DNA of 64,000 nucleotides from Mobula hypostoma (taxonomy: Eukaryota). Below, piece by piece: positions 12,672 through 26,750 of this stretch (positions are counted from its first letter, which is position 1; each line of letters begins with the position of its first letter). The stretch spans positions 62,001 through 126,000 of the forward strand of contig NW_026948112.1 of assembly GCF_963921235.1 (NCBI RefSeq). The letters run 5' to 3'. The translations under genes and the position numbers were made by a program. The notes below the pieces were generated by a model, which saw only the letters and a list, made by a program, of their open reading frames with translations, did no database searches and had not been told where the DNA came from.

Positions 12672-14640
12672 ACGGCCTTCCCCCACTGTGAACTGACTGG
12701 TGCGCCTGCAGTTGGGATGACTGAGTGAATCCTTTCCCACATTCTGAGCAGGTGTACGGCTTTTCCCCAGTGTGAACTCGCTGATGACTCTGTAGGTGGG
12801 ATGACTGAGTGAATCCCTTCCCACAGACTGAGCAGGTGAACGGTTTCTCCCCAGTGTGAACTCGATGGTGTCTCTGTAGGGTGGAAGAGTGAGTGAATCT
12901 CTTCTCACAGACTGAGCAGGTGAACGGCTTCTCCCCGGTGTGAACTCGCTGGTGTCTCTGTAGATGGGATGACTGAGTGAATCTCTTCCCACAGTCTGAG
13001 CAGGTGAATGGCCTCTCTCCAGTGTGAACTCGCTGATGTACCTTCAGCGTAGATGAGCAACTGAATCCCTTCCCACAGTCTGAGCAGGTGAATGGCTTCT
13101 CCCCAGTGTGAACTCGCTGATGACTCTGTAGGTGGGATGACAGTGTGAATCCCTTCCCACATTCTAAGCAGGTGAACGGCTTCTCCCCAGTGTGAACTCG
13201 CTGATGACTCTGCAGGTGTGATGACTGAGTGAATCCCTTCCCACAGACTGAGCAGGTGAACGGCTTCTCCCCAGTGTGAACTCGCTGGTGTCTCTGTAGG
13301 GCGGAAGAGTCAGTGAATCTCTTCTCACAGACTGAGCACATAAACGGCTTCTCCCCGGTGTGAACTCGCTGGTGTGTCAGTAGTTTAGATGACAAAGTGA
13401 ATCCCTTCCCACAGTCTGAGCAGGTGAACGGCCGCTCCCCGGTGTGAACTCGCTGGTGAGCCATTAGGCTAGATGAAAAAGTGAATGCCTTCCCACAGTC
13501 TGAGCAGGTGAACGGCTTCTCCCCAGTGTGAACTCGCTGATGACTCTGCAGGTTGGATGACTGAGTGAATCTCTTCCCACAGACTGAGCAGGTGAACGGC
13601 TTCTCCCCAGTGTGAACTCGCTGGTGACTCTGTAGGGTGGATGAATCAGTGAATCTCATCCCACAGACAGAGCAGGTGAACGGCTTCTCCCCAGTGTGAA
13701 CTCGATGGTGTCCCTGCAGGGTGGAAGAGTAAGTGAATCTCTTCTCACAGACTGAGCAGGTGAACGGCTTCTCCCCGGTGTGAACTCGCTGATGACTCTG
13801 TAGGGTGGAAGAGTGAGTGAATCTCTTCTCACAGACTGAGCAGATGAATGGCTTCTCCCCAGTGTGAACTCGCTGGTGTCTCTGTAGTTGGGATGACAGT
13901 GTGAATCCCTTCCCACATTCTGAGCAGGTGAACGGCTTTTCCCCAGTGTGAACTCGCTGATGACTCTGCAGGTTGGATGACTGAGTGAATCTTTTCCCAC
14001 ATTCTGAGCAGGAGAACGGCTTCTCCCCAGTGTGAACTCGCTTGTGTCTCTGTAGGGTGGAAGAGTGAGTGAATCTCTTCTCACAGACTGAGCAGGTGAA
14101 CGGCTTCTCCCCGGTGTGAACTCGCTGGTGTGTCAGTAGTTTAGATGACAAAGTGAATCCCTTCCCACAGTCTGAGCAGGTGAACGGCCGCTCCCCGGTG
14201 TGAACTCGCTGGTGAGCCATTAGGTCAGATGACTGAGTGAATGCCTTCCCACAGTCTGAGCAGGTGAACGGCTTCTCCCCAGTGTGAACTCGCTGATGAC
14301 TCTGCAGGTTGGATGACTGAGTGAATCTTTTCCCACAGACTGAGCAGGTGAATGGCTTCTCCCCAGTGTGAACTCGCTGGTGACTCTGTAGGGTGGATGA
14401 ATCAGTGAATCTCATCCCACAGACGGAGCAGGTGAACGGCTTCTCCCCAGTGTGAACTCGATGGTGTCTCTGTAGGGTTGAAGAGTGAGTGAATCTTTTC
14501 CCACAGACAGAGCAGGTGAACAGCTTCTCCCCAGTATGAACTCGCCGGTGTGTCAGTAGTTGAGATGACAAAGTGAATCCCTTCCCACAGTCTGAGCAGG
14601 TGAACAGCTGCTCCCCGGTGTGAACTCGCTGGTGAGCCAT
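12664..14640 (-). CDS. Tandem C2H2 (Kruppel-type) zinc-finger protein, 23 fingers, 658 aa; no KRAB/SCAN/BTB domain visible
   Basis: Uninterrupted CxxC...HxxxH fingers with TGEKP linkers. The exon probably starts at 15115 (CTTTTTACAG acceptor). The true start codon is uncertain. Confidence 0.9.
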   Translation of the reverse strand: MAHQRVHTGEQLFTCSDCGKGFTLSSQLLTHRRVHTGEKLFTCSVCGKRFTHSSTLQRHHRVHTGEKPFTCSVCGMRFTDSSTLQSHQRVHTGEKPFTCSVCGKRFTQSSNLQSHQRVHTGEKPFTCSDCGKAFTQSSDLMAHQRVHTGERPFTCSDCGKGFTLSSKLLTHQRVHTGEKPFTCSVCEKRFTHSSTLQRHKRVHTGEKPFSCSECGKRFTQSSNLQSHQRVHTGEKPFTCSECGKGFTLSSQLQRHQRVHTGEKPFICSVCEKRFTHSSTLQSHQRVHTGEKPFTCSVCEKRFTYSSTLQGHHRVHTGEKPFTCSVCGMRFTDSSTLQSHQRVHTGEKPFTCSVCGKRFTQSSNLQSHQRVHTGEKPFTCSDCGKAFTFSSSLMAHQRVHTGERPFTCSDCGKGFTLSSKLLTHQRVHTGEKPFMCSVCEKRFTDSSALQRHQRVHTGEKPFTCSVCGKGFTQSSHLQSHQRVHTGEKPFTCLECGKGFTLSSHLQSHQRVHTGEKPFTCSDCGKGFSCSSTLKVHQRVHTGERPFTCSDCGKRFTQSSHLQRHQRVHTGEKPFTCSVCEKRFTHSSTLQRHHRVHTGEKPFTCSVCGKGFTQSSHLQSHQRVHTGEKPYTCSECGKGFTQSSQLQAHQSVHSGGRPLL

Positions 14641-14736
14641 TAGGCTGGATGAAAAAGTGAATCCCTTCCGACAGTCAGAGCAGGTGAACGGCCTCTCTTC
14701 AGTGTGAACTCGCTGGTGACTCTGTAGGGTGGATTA

Positions 14737-14844
<108 letters not shown>

Positions 14845-15604
14845 TCAGCAGATGCCCAGCCTCTGACTCGTGTGTCTACAGGTGGGATGACCAACTGAAT
14901 CCTCGTTCACACACAGAACAGATGAATGGCTTTGCCCAGTGTGAACTTACTGATATTCCTTCAACTGAGATGACCCTGAATTCATTCCCACAGTTTGTGT
15001 AGGAAGGATGGTTGACTGAATTCCTTGCTCCACTTCTTAAATATCTAGACAGAGACAGCAAAACTGGCGTGCCATGTTTGAGATGCCTGGAGACAAATTC
15101 CTTTTCGTTTTTAACCTGTAAAAAGATTTACAAAATCTATCAATGGGTGTAGGACAACATTTCAGATGTGATTACTTGAGTTGCCAAGGTTTGATCTGGT
15201 ATCACTGCTACAGTGAAGTTCAACCCAAGTTGAAGAGAGAAATTATCTTCTAACTGGGCACAGTACTGGCATCTGGAATGACCATCAATTCCCTGATGCT
15301 CTTCCTGCCTCTATAAGAATGGGGCATTTCTGCCATCTCCAATTTGTGCCTTGGCTCAGTTTGACTCTCTCCATTGGTATTATTCCCTGTTCCTGTTAAG
15401 CTGCAAGGTGCCTGACCCCACAGTAACTGAAACACTCTCATGCGAATAGTTTTTCTTGACGTGCAGCTGGGATTTTCTTTTATGTATTATTAACTTGAAG
15501 TGCCACAGTTTAACGCCATATAAAAAATTCCTTCTGAGATGAATGGTTGGTCCGCACAGCTGTTTAAAGGACTTTGAGTGAATATTATTATTTCAGGTTC
15601 TTGT

Positions 15605-17372
15605 CACAGTTATAGAAAAATACAACACAGAAACAGGCCCTTTGGGCCATTTAGTTTGTGCTAATCTATTTAAACCGCCCACTCCGCTACCCCTACCATC
15701 CAGGTACCTATACAAACCTCTTAAATGTTGAAATTGGGCTCGCATGCACCACTTGTGCTGGCTGCTCATTCCACACCCGGATGACCATCTGTGTGAAGAA
15801 GTTTCCCCTCATGTTCTCCTTAACGTTTCACCTTTCACCCTTAACCCATGGCCTCTGGTTGTAGTCCCACCCAATATCAGTGGAGAAAGCCAGCTTGCAT
15901 TTACCCTATCTATGCTCCCCTATCACAATCAAATCTCCCCTCAGTCTTCTACATTTCAAGGAATAAAGTCCTAACCTGTTCAATCTTTCCTTATAACCCA
16001 AGTCCTCCAGACCTGGCAACATCCTTGTGAATTTTCTCTGAACTCTCGGAACCTCTTTTACATCTTTCCTGTAGGTAGGTGACCAAAACTGCATACAATA
16101 CTCCAAATTAGGCCTCACCAATGTCTTCTACAAGTCAACATAACATCCATCAATTGTTGTCAGTACTTTGGTTCATGAAGGCCAATGGGCTGAAATCTTT
16201 CTTTCTGTCTCTATCTAACTGTGATACCACTTTCAGTGAATTAAAAACTTGTATTCCCAGGTCCCTTTCTTCTACAACACACCTCCATGCCCGAACAGTC
16301 ACTGTGAAAGACCTCCCTTGGTAGGTCATATCAAAGTGCAAAAACTCACCCTTGTCTGCATTAAATTCCATTTTCCATTTCTCAAATGGTTTTTCCAGCT
16401 GGTCCAGATTGCACTGCAAGCCATGATAGTCTTCCTCTCTGTTCACTACACCACTAATCTTGGTGTCATTCCACAAATTTGCTGATCCAGTTAACCACAC
16501 TATCATCCAGATTACTGATATAGATGACAAACAACAACAGATCTGGCACTGATCCCTATGGCAACCACTAGTCACAGGCTCTGGTCAGAGAGGCAACCAT
16601 CTGCTACCACACTCTGGCTTCTCCCAAAGCCAGTGTCTCATCCAATTTACTATCGCATCTTGAATGCTGAGTGACTGAACCTTCTTGACCAACCTCCCAG
16701 ATAAGACTTTGTCAAGTGCTTTGCTGAAGTCCATGTAGACAACATCCACTGTCTTGCTTTCATCCATTTTCCTGATAACTTCCTCGAGAGACTCTATAAG
16801 ATTGGTTAGACATGACCTACCATACACAAAGCCATGCTGCCTATCCTTAATCAGTCCACATCTATCCAAATATTTATATATCTGGTTCCTGCACACATGT
16901 TCCAATAACTTTCCCACTACTGATGTCAAACTCATCAATGTACAATTTCTTAGTTTATTTTTACAGCCTTTCTTGAACAGCGGAACAACATTGGCTGCCC
17001 TCCAATCTTCCAGTACCTCACCCGTCACTGAGGATGATTTAAATATCTGTGCTTGTGCCCCGACAATTTCTGCACTTGCCTTCTGCAGAGTCCCAGGGAA
17101 TAACTTGTCAGGCCCTGGGGATTTATCCATGGTAATTTGCCTTAAGACAGCAAACACCTCCACCTCTGTAATCTGTACAGGGTCATAAAGTTGATGCTGC
17201 TTTGCCTCACTTCTACAGACTCTGTGTCCATCTCCTGAGTAAATAAGGATGCAAAAAAAAACTCCCACATCTATTTTGTCTCCTCATATGGACTACCATT
17301 CTGATCTTGCAGAGGATTAATTTTTTTCCCTTGCAATCTTTTCACTCTTAAACATATCTGCAGAATCCCTAA
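15605..17372 (-). mobile_element. CR1 LINE RT / 3' region, decayed
   Basis: KSPGPD, QHGF..GRSCLTNL, DFSKALDKV, VRPNLEYC motifs in ORFs 16585-17268 and 15906-16121. Confidence 0.88.
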
Positions 17373-17376
17373 GGAT

Positions 17377-17716
17377 TGAAAATTATGAGGGGGATAGATA
17401 GAGTTGTTGTGGATAGGCTTTTTCCATTGAGAGTGGGGAAGAAGAGGACATGAGTTGAGAGTTAAAGGGCAAAAGTTTAGGGGTAATATGAGGGGGAGCT
17501 TCTTTACTCAGAGAGTGGTAGCTGTGTGGAATGAGCTTCCAGCAGAAGTGGTTGAGGCAGGATCGATTTTGTCATTTAAATTTAAATTGGACAGTTATAT
17601 GGACAAGAAAGGAATGGAGGGTTATGGGCTGAGTGCAGGTCGGTGGGACTAGGTGACAGTAAGAGTTCGGCATGGACTAGAAGGGCCGAGATGGCCTGTT
17701 TCTGTGCTGTAATTGT
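17377..17716 (+). mobile_element. CR1 3' fragment
   Basis: Nearly identical to 10820-11165. Confidence 0.85.
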
Positions 17717-17859
17717 GCTCCTTCAACTTGTCTGCTGGGGCAACCTCATGCCTTCTTTTATTTCTATCATAAGTGTTCACTTGAATTTCCTGTACTTCAT
17801 AAGTACCCCATTTGTTCTGATCTGCCTGTACCTAGTATGCACCTCCGATTTATTAATCT

Positions 17860-18855
17860 GGGAGATGAAAGCCAAAGGGGTGATAGAGCTGCATGGTGGG
17901 AGATGGGGGTAGGGAGGGTTAAACTAAAGTTGCAGGGGGAATGGGATCCTGAATAACAGAACATATAGTGGAGGGGTTGTGGAGACAGATGTTGTTCAGA
18001 CCTCAAAGTCAGGAATGAAAAAGTTGAGCATGGTCCAGTGAATATGCTGAGCCCTGTATATTTCAAAACAAGGAGCAGAGTAAGAAGGGTGGATGTGTTC
18101 AGGGCATGGATCAACACATGGAATTCTGACACTAGGATCTGGCAACTGTGGACTGGGACAGGCTCTTTATGTCAAAGGTGTGCTTGGTAAATTGAGGCCT
18201 TCAAAGCGAAATTTTGAAAGTACAAAGCAGGTATGTGCCTGTTAGAAAAAAAGTTAAAGATAGAAACTGTCGTGAACCTTGGTTTTCAAGAGATATTGAG
18301 ACCCTGGTGAAGCACAAAATGGAGTTGCAGAACAGGGATAGGCAGGTAGGTTCTTATGGAGTATAAGAAATGCAAGAGAACACATAAGAAATAAATCAGG
18401 ATGGCTAAAAGAAAGCATGAGATACCCCTTGCAGAAAAGATAAAGGATAATCCTCAGGGATTCTGGATATAGATCAAGAGCAAAAGGATTGCAAGGCACA
18501 AAGCTGGTCCTCTGAAAGACCGGAATGGCAATCCATGTGTGGAACCAAAGCAGATCGGGGAGATCTTAAATATTTTTAAATCTTATTTACTCAGGAGATG
18601 AACACAGGGTCAATGAGAGTGCGGAAAAGCGGCATTAAAATCTTGGACCCTTTTCATATTAAAGAAGAGGAGATGTTTCCCTTCCTGAGGAAGATTAGAG
18701 TGGATAAATCCCAGGGCATGACAAGGTGCTTCCTCGGACCCCACGGGAGGCAAGTGCAATATTGTTGGGGCCCTAGCAGAGATAATTAAATCATCCTTAG
18801 TGACAGGAGAGTTATCACAGGATTGTAGGATAGCCAAAGTTATTTCTCTGTTCAA
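17860..18855 (+). mobile_element. Highly decayed CR1 ORF2 N-terminal half
   Basis: Homologous to the reverse complement of 700-2260 (RAWINTWN, VDWDRL, GPLKD.NG, DKSQG). Confidence 0.7.
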
Positions 18856-18919
18856 CAGAGAACAAGGAACATAGAAATCTACAGCATATTTCTATGTTCT
18901 TCAGCATATTTCTATGTTC

Positions 18920-21500
18920 AGCAGATGTAGTGGCCATTACAGAGACTTGGCTGGCACCAGGGCAGAAATGCATTCTCAACATTCCTGGGTTTCCGTGCTT
19001 TAAGAAGAATAGAGAGGGGGGAAAAGGGGAGGAGGGGTGGCATTACTGGTCAGGGATACTGTTACAGCTACAGAAAGGGTGGGTAATGGAGCAGGATCCT
19101 CTTTTGAGTCAGTATGGGTAGAAGTCAGGAACAGGAAGGGAGGAGTCACTCTATTGGGGGTATTCCATAGGCCCCCTGGTAGCAGCAGCGATACAGAGGA
19201 GCAGATTGGGAGGCAGATTTTGTAAAGGTGCAAAAATAACAGGGTTGTTATCATGGGTGACTTTAACTTCTCTAATATTGATTGGCACCTTATTAGTTCC
19301 AAGGGTTTAGATGAGTCAGAGTTTGTAAAGTGTGACCAGGACGGATTCCTGTCACAGTATGTGGACAGGCTGATGAGGGGGAATGCCATACTAGATTTAG
19401 TACTAGGTAACGAACCGGGTCAGGTCACAGATCTCTCAGTGGGTGAGCATCTGGGGGACAGTGACCACCGCTCCCTGGCCTTTAGCATTATCATGGAAAA
19501 GGATAGAATCAGAGAGGACAGGAAAATTTTGAATTGGGGAAGGGCAAATTATGAGGCTATAAGGCTCGAACTTGTGGCTGTGAATTGGGATGATGTTTTT
19601 TCAGGGAAATGTACTATGGACATGTAGTCAATGTTTAGAGATCTCTTGCAGGATGTTAAAGATAAACTTGTCCTGGTGAGGAAGATAAAGAATGGTAGGG
19701 TGAAGGAACCATGGGTGACAAGTGAGGTGGAAAATCTAGTCAGGTGGAAGGAGGCATGAGGTTTAGGAAGCAAGGATCAGATGGGTCTATTGAGGAATAT
19801 AGGGAAGCAAGAAAGCTTAAGAAGGGGCTGAGAAGAGCAAGAAGGGGGCATGAGAAGGCCTTGGCAAGTAGGGTATAGGAAAAACCCAAGGCATTGTTCA
19901 ATTATGTGAAGAACAAAAGGATGACAGGAGTGAAGGTAGGACTGATTAGAGATAAAGGTGGGAAGATGTACCTGGAGGATGTGGAAGTGAGCGAGGTCCT
20001 CAATGAATACATCTCTTCAGTATTCACCAATGAGAGGGAACTTGATGATGGTGAGGACAATATGAGTGAGGTTGATGTTCTGGAGCATGTTGATATTAAG
20101 GCAGAGGAGGTGTTGGAGTTGTTAAAATACATTAGGATGGGTAAGTCCCCGGGGCCTAAAGGAATTCCCCAGGCTGCTCCATGAAGCGAGGGAGGAGATT
20201 GCTGAGCCCCTGGCTAGGATCTTTATGTCCTTGTTGTCCACGGGAATGGAACCCGAGGATTGGAGGAAGGCGAATATTGCCCCTCGTTCAGAATATTGTC
20301 CTGTTCGTTCAGGCATATAGATGAGGGGGTAGTGCAGTGGATGTGATCTACATGGATTTTAGTGAGGCATTTGACAAGGTTCCACATGGTAGGTTTATTC
20401 ACAAAGTCAGAAGGCATGGGATCCAGGGAAGTTTGGCCAGGTGGATTCAGAATTGGCTTGCCTGCAGAAGGCACAGGGTCGTGGTGGAGGGAGTACATTC
20501 AGACTGGAGGATTGTGACTAGTGATGTTCCACAAGGATCTGTTCTGGGACCTCTACTTTTCATGATTTTTATTAACGACCTGGATGTGGGGTAGAGGGGT
20601 GGGTTGTGCAAGTTTGCAGACGACACAAAAGTTGGTGGTGTTGTAGATAGTGTAGAGGATTGTCGAAGATTGCAGGAGACATTGATAGGATGCAGAAGTG
20701 GGTTGAGAAGTGGCAGATGGAGTTCAACCCGGAGAAGTGTGACGTGGTACACTTTGGAAGGACAAAATCCAAGGCAGAGTACAAAGTAAATGGCAGGATA
20801 CTTGGTAGTGTGGAGGAGCAGAGGGATCTGGGGGCACATTTCCACAGATCCCTGAAATTTGCCTCACACGTAGATAGGGTAGTTAAGAAAGCTTATGGGG
20901 TGTTAGCTTTCATAAGTTGAGGGATAGAGTTTAAGAGTCGCGATGTAATGATGTGCTATAAAACTCTGGTTAGGCCACAATTGGAGTACTGTGTCCAGTT
21001 CTGGTCGCCTCACTATAGGAAGGATGTGGAAGCATTGGAAAGGGTACAGAGGAGATTTACCAGGATGCTGCTTGGTTTAGAGAGTATGCATTATGATCAG
21101 AGATTAAGTGAGCTAGGGCTTTACTCGTTGGAGAGAATAAGGATGAGAGGAGACATGATAGAGGTGTACAAGATAATAAGAGGAATAGATAAAGTGTATA
21201 GCCAGCACCTCTTCCCCAGGGCACCATTGCTCAATACAAGAGGACATGGCTTTAAGGTAAGGGGTGGGAAGTTCAAGGGGGATATTAGAGGAAGGTTTTT
21301 CACTCATAGAGTGGTTGATGCGTGTAATGCACTGCCTGAGTCAGTGGTTGAGGCAGATACACTTGTGAAGTTTAAGAGACTACTAGTCAGGTATATGGAG
21401 GAATTTAAGTTGGAGGCTTATATGGGAGGGAGGGTTTGAGGGTCGGCACAACATTGTGGGCCGAGGGGCCTGTAATGTGATGTACTATTCTATGTTCTAT
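18920..21500 (+). mobile_element. CR1 LINE ORF2 (EN + RT) with internal deletion; 3' tail TTCTATGTTCTAT
   Basis: [43 protein letters not shown] motifs, with stops and frameshifts. Confidence 0.92.
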
Positions 21501-21597
21501 ATTCCACGCCATTCAGCCCACAATGTTGTGCCAACCATGTAACTTACTCTAGAAACTGCCTAGAAATTCCATAGCGCATAGACCTCTAAATTTTTCT

Positions 21598-24500
21598 TCA
21601 ACTTCTACTTCCTCACAGACAGGACCCAGGCTGTAAAAATAGGGGACAAGCTCTCCTCTACAATCACTCTGAGCACCGGTGCCCCACAAGGCTGAGTACT
21701 CAGCCCCCTGCTGTACTCACTGTACACCCATGATTGTGTCGCCAAGTTTCCGTCAAACTCAATATGTAAGTTTGCTGATGACACAACAATTGTACGCCGT
21801 ATCTCGGGTAATGATGAGTTTGAGTACAGAGAGGAAATTAAGAACCTGGTGGCATGGTGTGAAGACAATAACCTATCCCTCAATGTCAGCAAGAGAAGGG
21901 AATTGGTTGTTGACTTCAGAAGGAGTAGCGGACCGCACGACTCAATTTACATCGGTGGTGCGCAACTGGAACAGGTCAAGAGCTTTAAGTTCCTCGCGGT
22001 CAATATCACAAATGACCTGACTTGGTCCAACCAAGCAGAGTCCACTGCCAAAAAGGCCCACCAGTGCCTTAACTTCCTAAGGAAACTGAAGAAATTTGGC
22101 CTGTCCCCTAAAACCCTCACTAATTTTTATAGATGCACCATAGAAAGCATTCTTCTAGGGTGCATCACCACCTGGTATGGAAGTTGTCCTGTCCAAGACC
22201 GGAAGAAGCTGCAGAAGATCATGAACACGGCGCAGCACATCACACAAACCAATCTTCCGTCCTGGGACTCACTTTACACCGCACGCTGTCAGAGAGGTGC
22301 TGCCAGGATAATCAAGGACACGACCCACCCAGCCAACGCACTTTTTGTCCCTCTTCCCTCCAGGAGAAGGCTCAGGAGCTTGAAGACTCGTACGGCCAGA
22401 TTTGGGTACAGCTTCTTTCCAACTCTGATCAGGATGGGAGCTCAACATGCAGGGATATTCAATATTCAAGAGGGATAGACATGAAAGAAAAGGAGGTGGG
22501 GTAGCATTGCTGGTTAGAGAGGAGATTAACGCAATAGAAAGGAAGGACATTAGCCGGAAGGATGTGGAATCAATATGGGTAGAGCTGCATAACACTAAGG
22601 GGCAGAAAACGCTGGCGGGAGTTGTGTGCAGGCCACCTAACAGTAGTAGTGAGGTTAGGGATGGTATTAAACAGGAAATTAGGAATGCGTGCAATAAAGG
22701 AACAGCAGTTATAATGGGTGATTCCAATCTACATATAGATTGGGTGAACCAAATTGTTAAGGGTGCTGAGGAAAAGGATTTCTTGGAATGTATGCGGGAT
22801 GGTTTTTTCAACCAACATGTCGAGGAACCAACTAGAGAGCAGGCTATTCTAGACTGGGTATTGAGCAATGAGGAAGGGTTAATTAGCAATCTTGTTGTGA
22901 GAGGCCCCTTGGGTAAGATTGACCACAATATGGTGGAATTCTTCATTAAGATGGAGAATGACATAGTTAACTCAGTAACAAACGTTCTGAACTTAAAGAA
23001 GGGTAACTTTAAAGGTATGAGACGTGAATTAGCTAAGATAGACAGCAAATGACACTTAAAGGGTTGATAAGCATTTAAAGATTGCATAGATGGACTACAA
23101 CAATTGTTCATCCCAGTTTGGCAAAAGAATAAATCAGGGAAGGTAGTGCACCCGTGGCTGACAAGGGAAATTAGGGATAGTATCAATTCCGAAGAAGAAG
23201 CATACAAATTAGCCAGAAAAAGTGGCTCACCTGAGGACTGGGAGAAATTCAGAGTCCAGCAGAGGAAGACAAAGGGCTTAATTAGGAAAGGGAAAAAAGA
23301 TGATGAGAGAAAACTGGCAGGGAACATAAGAAACGACTGTAAAAGCTTTTATAGATATGTGAAAAGAAAAAGATTGGTTAAGACAAATGTAGGTCCCCTA
23401 CAGACAGAAACAGGTGAATTGATTATGGGGAGCAAGGACATGGCAGACCAATTGAATAACTACTTTGGTTCTGTCTTCACTAAGGACGACATAAATAATC
23501 TTCCGGAAATAGTAGGGGACAGAGGGTGCAGTGAGATGGAGGAACTGAGCGAAATACATGTTAGTAGGGAAGTGGTGTTAGGTAAATTGAAGGGATTAAA
23601 GGCAGACAAATCCAAAGGGCCAGATGGTCTGCATCCCAGAGTGCTTAAGGAAGTAGCCCAAGAAATAGTGGCTGCATTAGTGATAATTTTTCAAAACTCT
23701 TTAGATTCTGGACTAGTTCCTGAGGATTGGAGGGTGGCTAATGTAACCCCACTTTTTAAAAAAGGAGGGAGAGAGAAACCGGGGAATTATAGGCCGGTTA
23801 GCCTGACATCGGTGGTGGGGAAAATGCTAGAGTCAGTTATCAAAGATGTAATAACAGCACATTTGGAAAGTGGTGAAATCATCGGACAGAGTCAGTATGG
23901 ATTTGTGAAAGGAAAATCATGTCTGACGAATCTCATAGAATTTTTTGAGGATGTAACTAGTAGAGTGGATAGCAGAGGACCAGTGGATGTGGTATATTTG
24001 GATTTTCAAAAGGCTTTTGACAAGGTCCCACAAAGGAAATTAGTGTGCAAACTTAAAGCACACGGTATTGGGGTAGGGTATTGATGTGGATAGATAATTG
24101 GTTGGCAGACAGGAAGCAAAGAGTGGAAATAAACGGGACCTTTTCAGAATGGCAGGCAGTGACTGGTGGGGTACCGCAAGGCTCCGTGCTGGGACCCCAG
24201 TTGTTTACAATAAATATTAATGACTTAGATGAGGGCATTAAATGCTGCATCTCCAAGTTTGCGGATGACACGAAGCTGGGGGGCAGTGTTAGCTGTGAGG
24301 AGGATGCTAAGAGAATGCAGGGTGACTTGGATAGGTTAGGTGAGTGGGCAAATTCATGGCAGATGCAATTTAATGTGGATAAATGTGAGGTTATCCACTT
24401 TGATGGCAAAAACAGGAAAACAGATTATTATCTGAATGGTGGCCGATTAGGAAAAGGGGAGGTGCAACGAGACCTGGGTGTAATTATACACCAGTCATTG

Positions 24501-25437
24501 AAAGTGGGCATGCAGGTACAGCAGGCACTGAAAAAGGCGAATGGTATGCTGGCATTCATAGCAAGAGGATTCGAGTACAGGAGCAGGGAGGTACTACTGC
24601 AGTTGTACAAGGCCTTGGTGAGACCACACCTGGAGTATAGTGTGCAGTTTTGGTCCCCTCATCTGAGGAAAAACATCCTTGCCATAGAGGGAGTATAAAG
24701 AAGGTTCACCAGATTGATTCCTAGGATGGCAGGACTTTCATATGATGAAAGACTGGATCAACTAGGCTTATATTCACTGGAATTTAGAAGATTGAGGGGG
24801 GATCATATTGAAACGTATAAAATCCTAAAGGGATTGGACAGGCTAGATGCAGGAGGATTGTTCCCAATGTTGGGAAAGTCCAGAACGAGGGGTCACAGTT
24901 TGAGGAGAAAGGGGAAGCCTTTTAGGACCGAGATTAGGAAAAACTTCTTCACACAGAGTCGTGAATTTCTGGAATTCTCTGCCACAGGAAACAGTTGAGG
25001 CCAGTTCATTGGCTATATTTAAGAGGGAGTTAGATATGGCCCTTGTAGCTAAAGGGATCACGGGGTATGGAGGAAAGGCTGGTAGAGGGTTCTGAGTTGG
25101 ATGATCAGCCATGATCATACTGAATGGTGGTGCAGGCTCAAAGGGCCGAATGCCCTACTCCTGCACCTATTTTCTGTTTCTATGTTTCTCAGACTGCTGA
25201 ATGGATCTTGACCCTGATCTGGGCTGTACCCTCCAAATATCCGGACCTGCCTCTCGGTTTTTTTTTTGCACTACCTTACTTTCCATTTTTCTATTTTCTA
25301 TTTATGATTTATAATTTAAAATTTTAATATTTACTATCGATTTGTAATCCAGGGAGCGGGACGCGCAGAATCAAATATCGCTGTGATGATCGTATGTTCT
25401 AGTATCAATTGTTTGGTGACAATAAAGTATAAAGTAT
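21598..25437 (+). mobile_element. L2/Rex-Babar-like LINE (21598-22432 and 25170-25437) split by a CR1
   Basis: PQG.VLSPLLYSLYTHD, KFADDTT, FYRCTIES motifs; the sequence resumes after the CR1 (TCAG on both sides) and ends AATAAAGTATAAAGTAT. Confidence 0.8.
22433..25169 (+). mobile_element. CR1 LINE, near-complete ORF2 with few disruptions
   Basis: ORFs 22447-23052, 23104-24084, 24081-24698 and 24714-24998 tile EN + RT; tail TTTCTGTTTCTATGTTTCT. Confidence 0.93.
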
Positions 25438-26070
25438 TTTCCTAAGCTCCAAGTACCTATCTAAGAGGCTGTTAAAAGAGCCTATTGTATCTGCCTCGAC
25501 CACCGCTGCTGGCAGTGCATTCCATGCACCCACCACTCTCTGTGTAAAAAACTTACCCCTGACATCCCCCTCGGTACCTATTTCTAAGCACCTTAAAAAT
25601 ATGCCCCTTGTGTTAGCCATTTCTGCCCTAGGAAAAGCCTCTGGCTATCCACACGATCAATGCCCCTCATCACCTTATACACCTAAAAAAGGTTCTAAGC
25701 ATAAACAGGGAAATTAGACATTGCTTTGAGGATTTGTTGGAAGTATACAGAAGTATGAGGGTACAGATAGGGTAAATGCAAGCAGTTTTTTCCCACTGAT
25801 ATTGGGTGGGACGACAACCAGAGGTCATAAGTAAGAGACTTCCCACACAATACAATACAGCACAATACAGGCCCTTCGGCCCACAATGCTGTGCCGAACA
25901 TTACTTCCTTTAGAAATTACCTAGCGTTCCCCATAGCCCTCTATTTTTCTACGCGCCATGTACCTATTCAGGAGCCTCTTAAAAAAAAACCCTATTGTAT
26001 CCGGCTTCATCACAGTCGCCGGCAGCCCATTCCACGCACTCACCACCCCGCGTAAAAAACTTACCTCTTG
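25437..26070. mobile_element. Several CR1 3' fragments (minus 25437-25685, plus ~25700-25830, minus ~25850-26070)
   Basis: FFTQRVVGAWNALP motif and GGCCCTTCGGCCCACAA 3'-UTR hairpin. Confidence 0.75.
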
Positions 26071-26389
26071 TGGATATCACGTGTCAGGTCGTGACTGAAC
26101 AGAGTTCCCAGCATGCGCAGAAATGAAGAATGATCGAGAAGCATGGCAGTGTAAAACTTGGTTTTGTTGCTGTTAAATAAAAGTTCAATTCTGCCAGAAT
26201 ATGGTTTGTTATTAGTAATCCACGGTATGTATAAAGAACACAACATCCATGACCTCTCCTTCGTACTGTGCGCTCTCTACAGATTTTCTCGTTTGAAATT
26301 GGAGGTGGAACAAAGGTGATTTTCTCAACAGCTGATGTAAAAGACTTTGTTCCCTTTCTCCGAGTTCCCAATCCTTGCATTTAGACAGC

Positions 26390-26750
26390 TGGAGCTCAGC
26401 TCTGTCTGAGCGATCCATCGGTTCCCATTCCCTCATCAGCCGGTAGCTCCCTGGGGCCCGTGTACGGATCGTGGGGCTGAGCGAGAGGGAAGAGAGCAGG
26501 ACTGTCCCGGGATTGAGGGTCACGGTGTCCGGAGCTCGCAGCAATTGTTCCGTGTCCCTAAGTCGGTGTTCAAACCCCCTCCCCTTCTCCCTTACCCCGG
26601 AGAACCGCTCTTACCTCAGCCGATTTCCAGAGGCCTATTGTGTGCTGCGCGCATGTGTGATATTCGGTAACGTCACAACCATGACGCCTGCGCATTTGAT
26701 CGGTGCTTCGGCGACGGCGAAATTTTCAACGCAGGGTTTTACGGGTAATT
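26390..26750 (-). promoter_or_regulatory. CpG-rich putative promoter and non-coding first exon of the zinc-finger gene
   Basis: CpG cluster, NRF1-like GCGCGCATGTG, CRE-like GTGACGTT, and minus-strand donor GAG|GTAAGA at 26614, matching the acceptor at 15116. The splice link is inferred. Confidence 0.5.

Noticed and set aside
12664..14640. Assigning a gene symbol (e.g. PRDM9 or a telomere-binding ZNF), or claiming it binds the adjacent satellite
   Set aside because: No SET, KRAB or BTB domain is seen, and binding specificity cannot be derived reliably by eye.
22269..23327. 352-aa minus-strand ORF and similar antisense ORFs
   Set aside because: Antisense shadows of CR1 ORF2 spanning element junctions.
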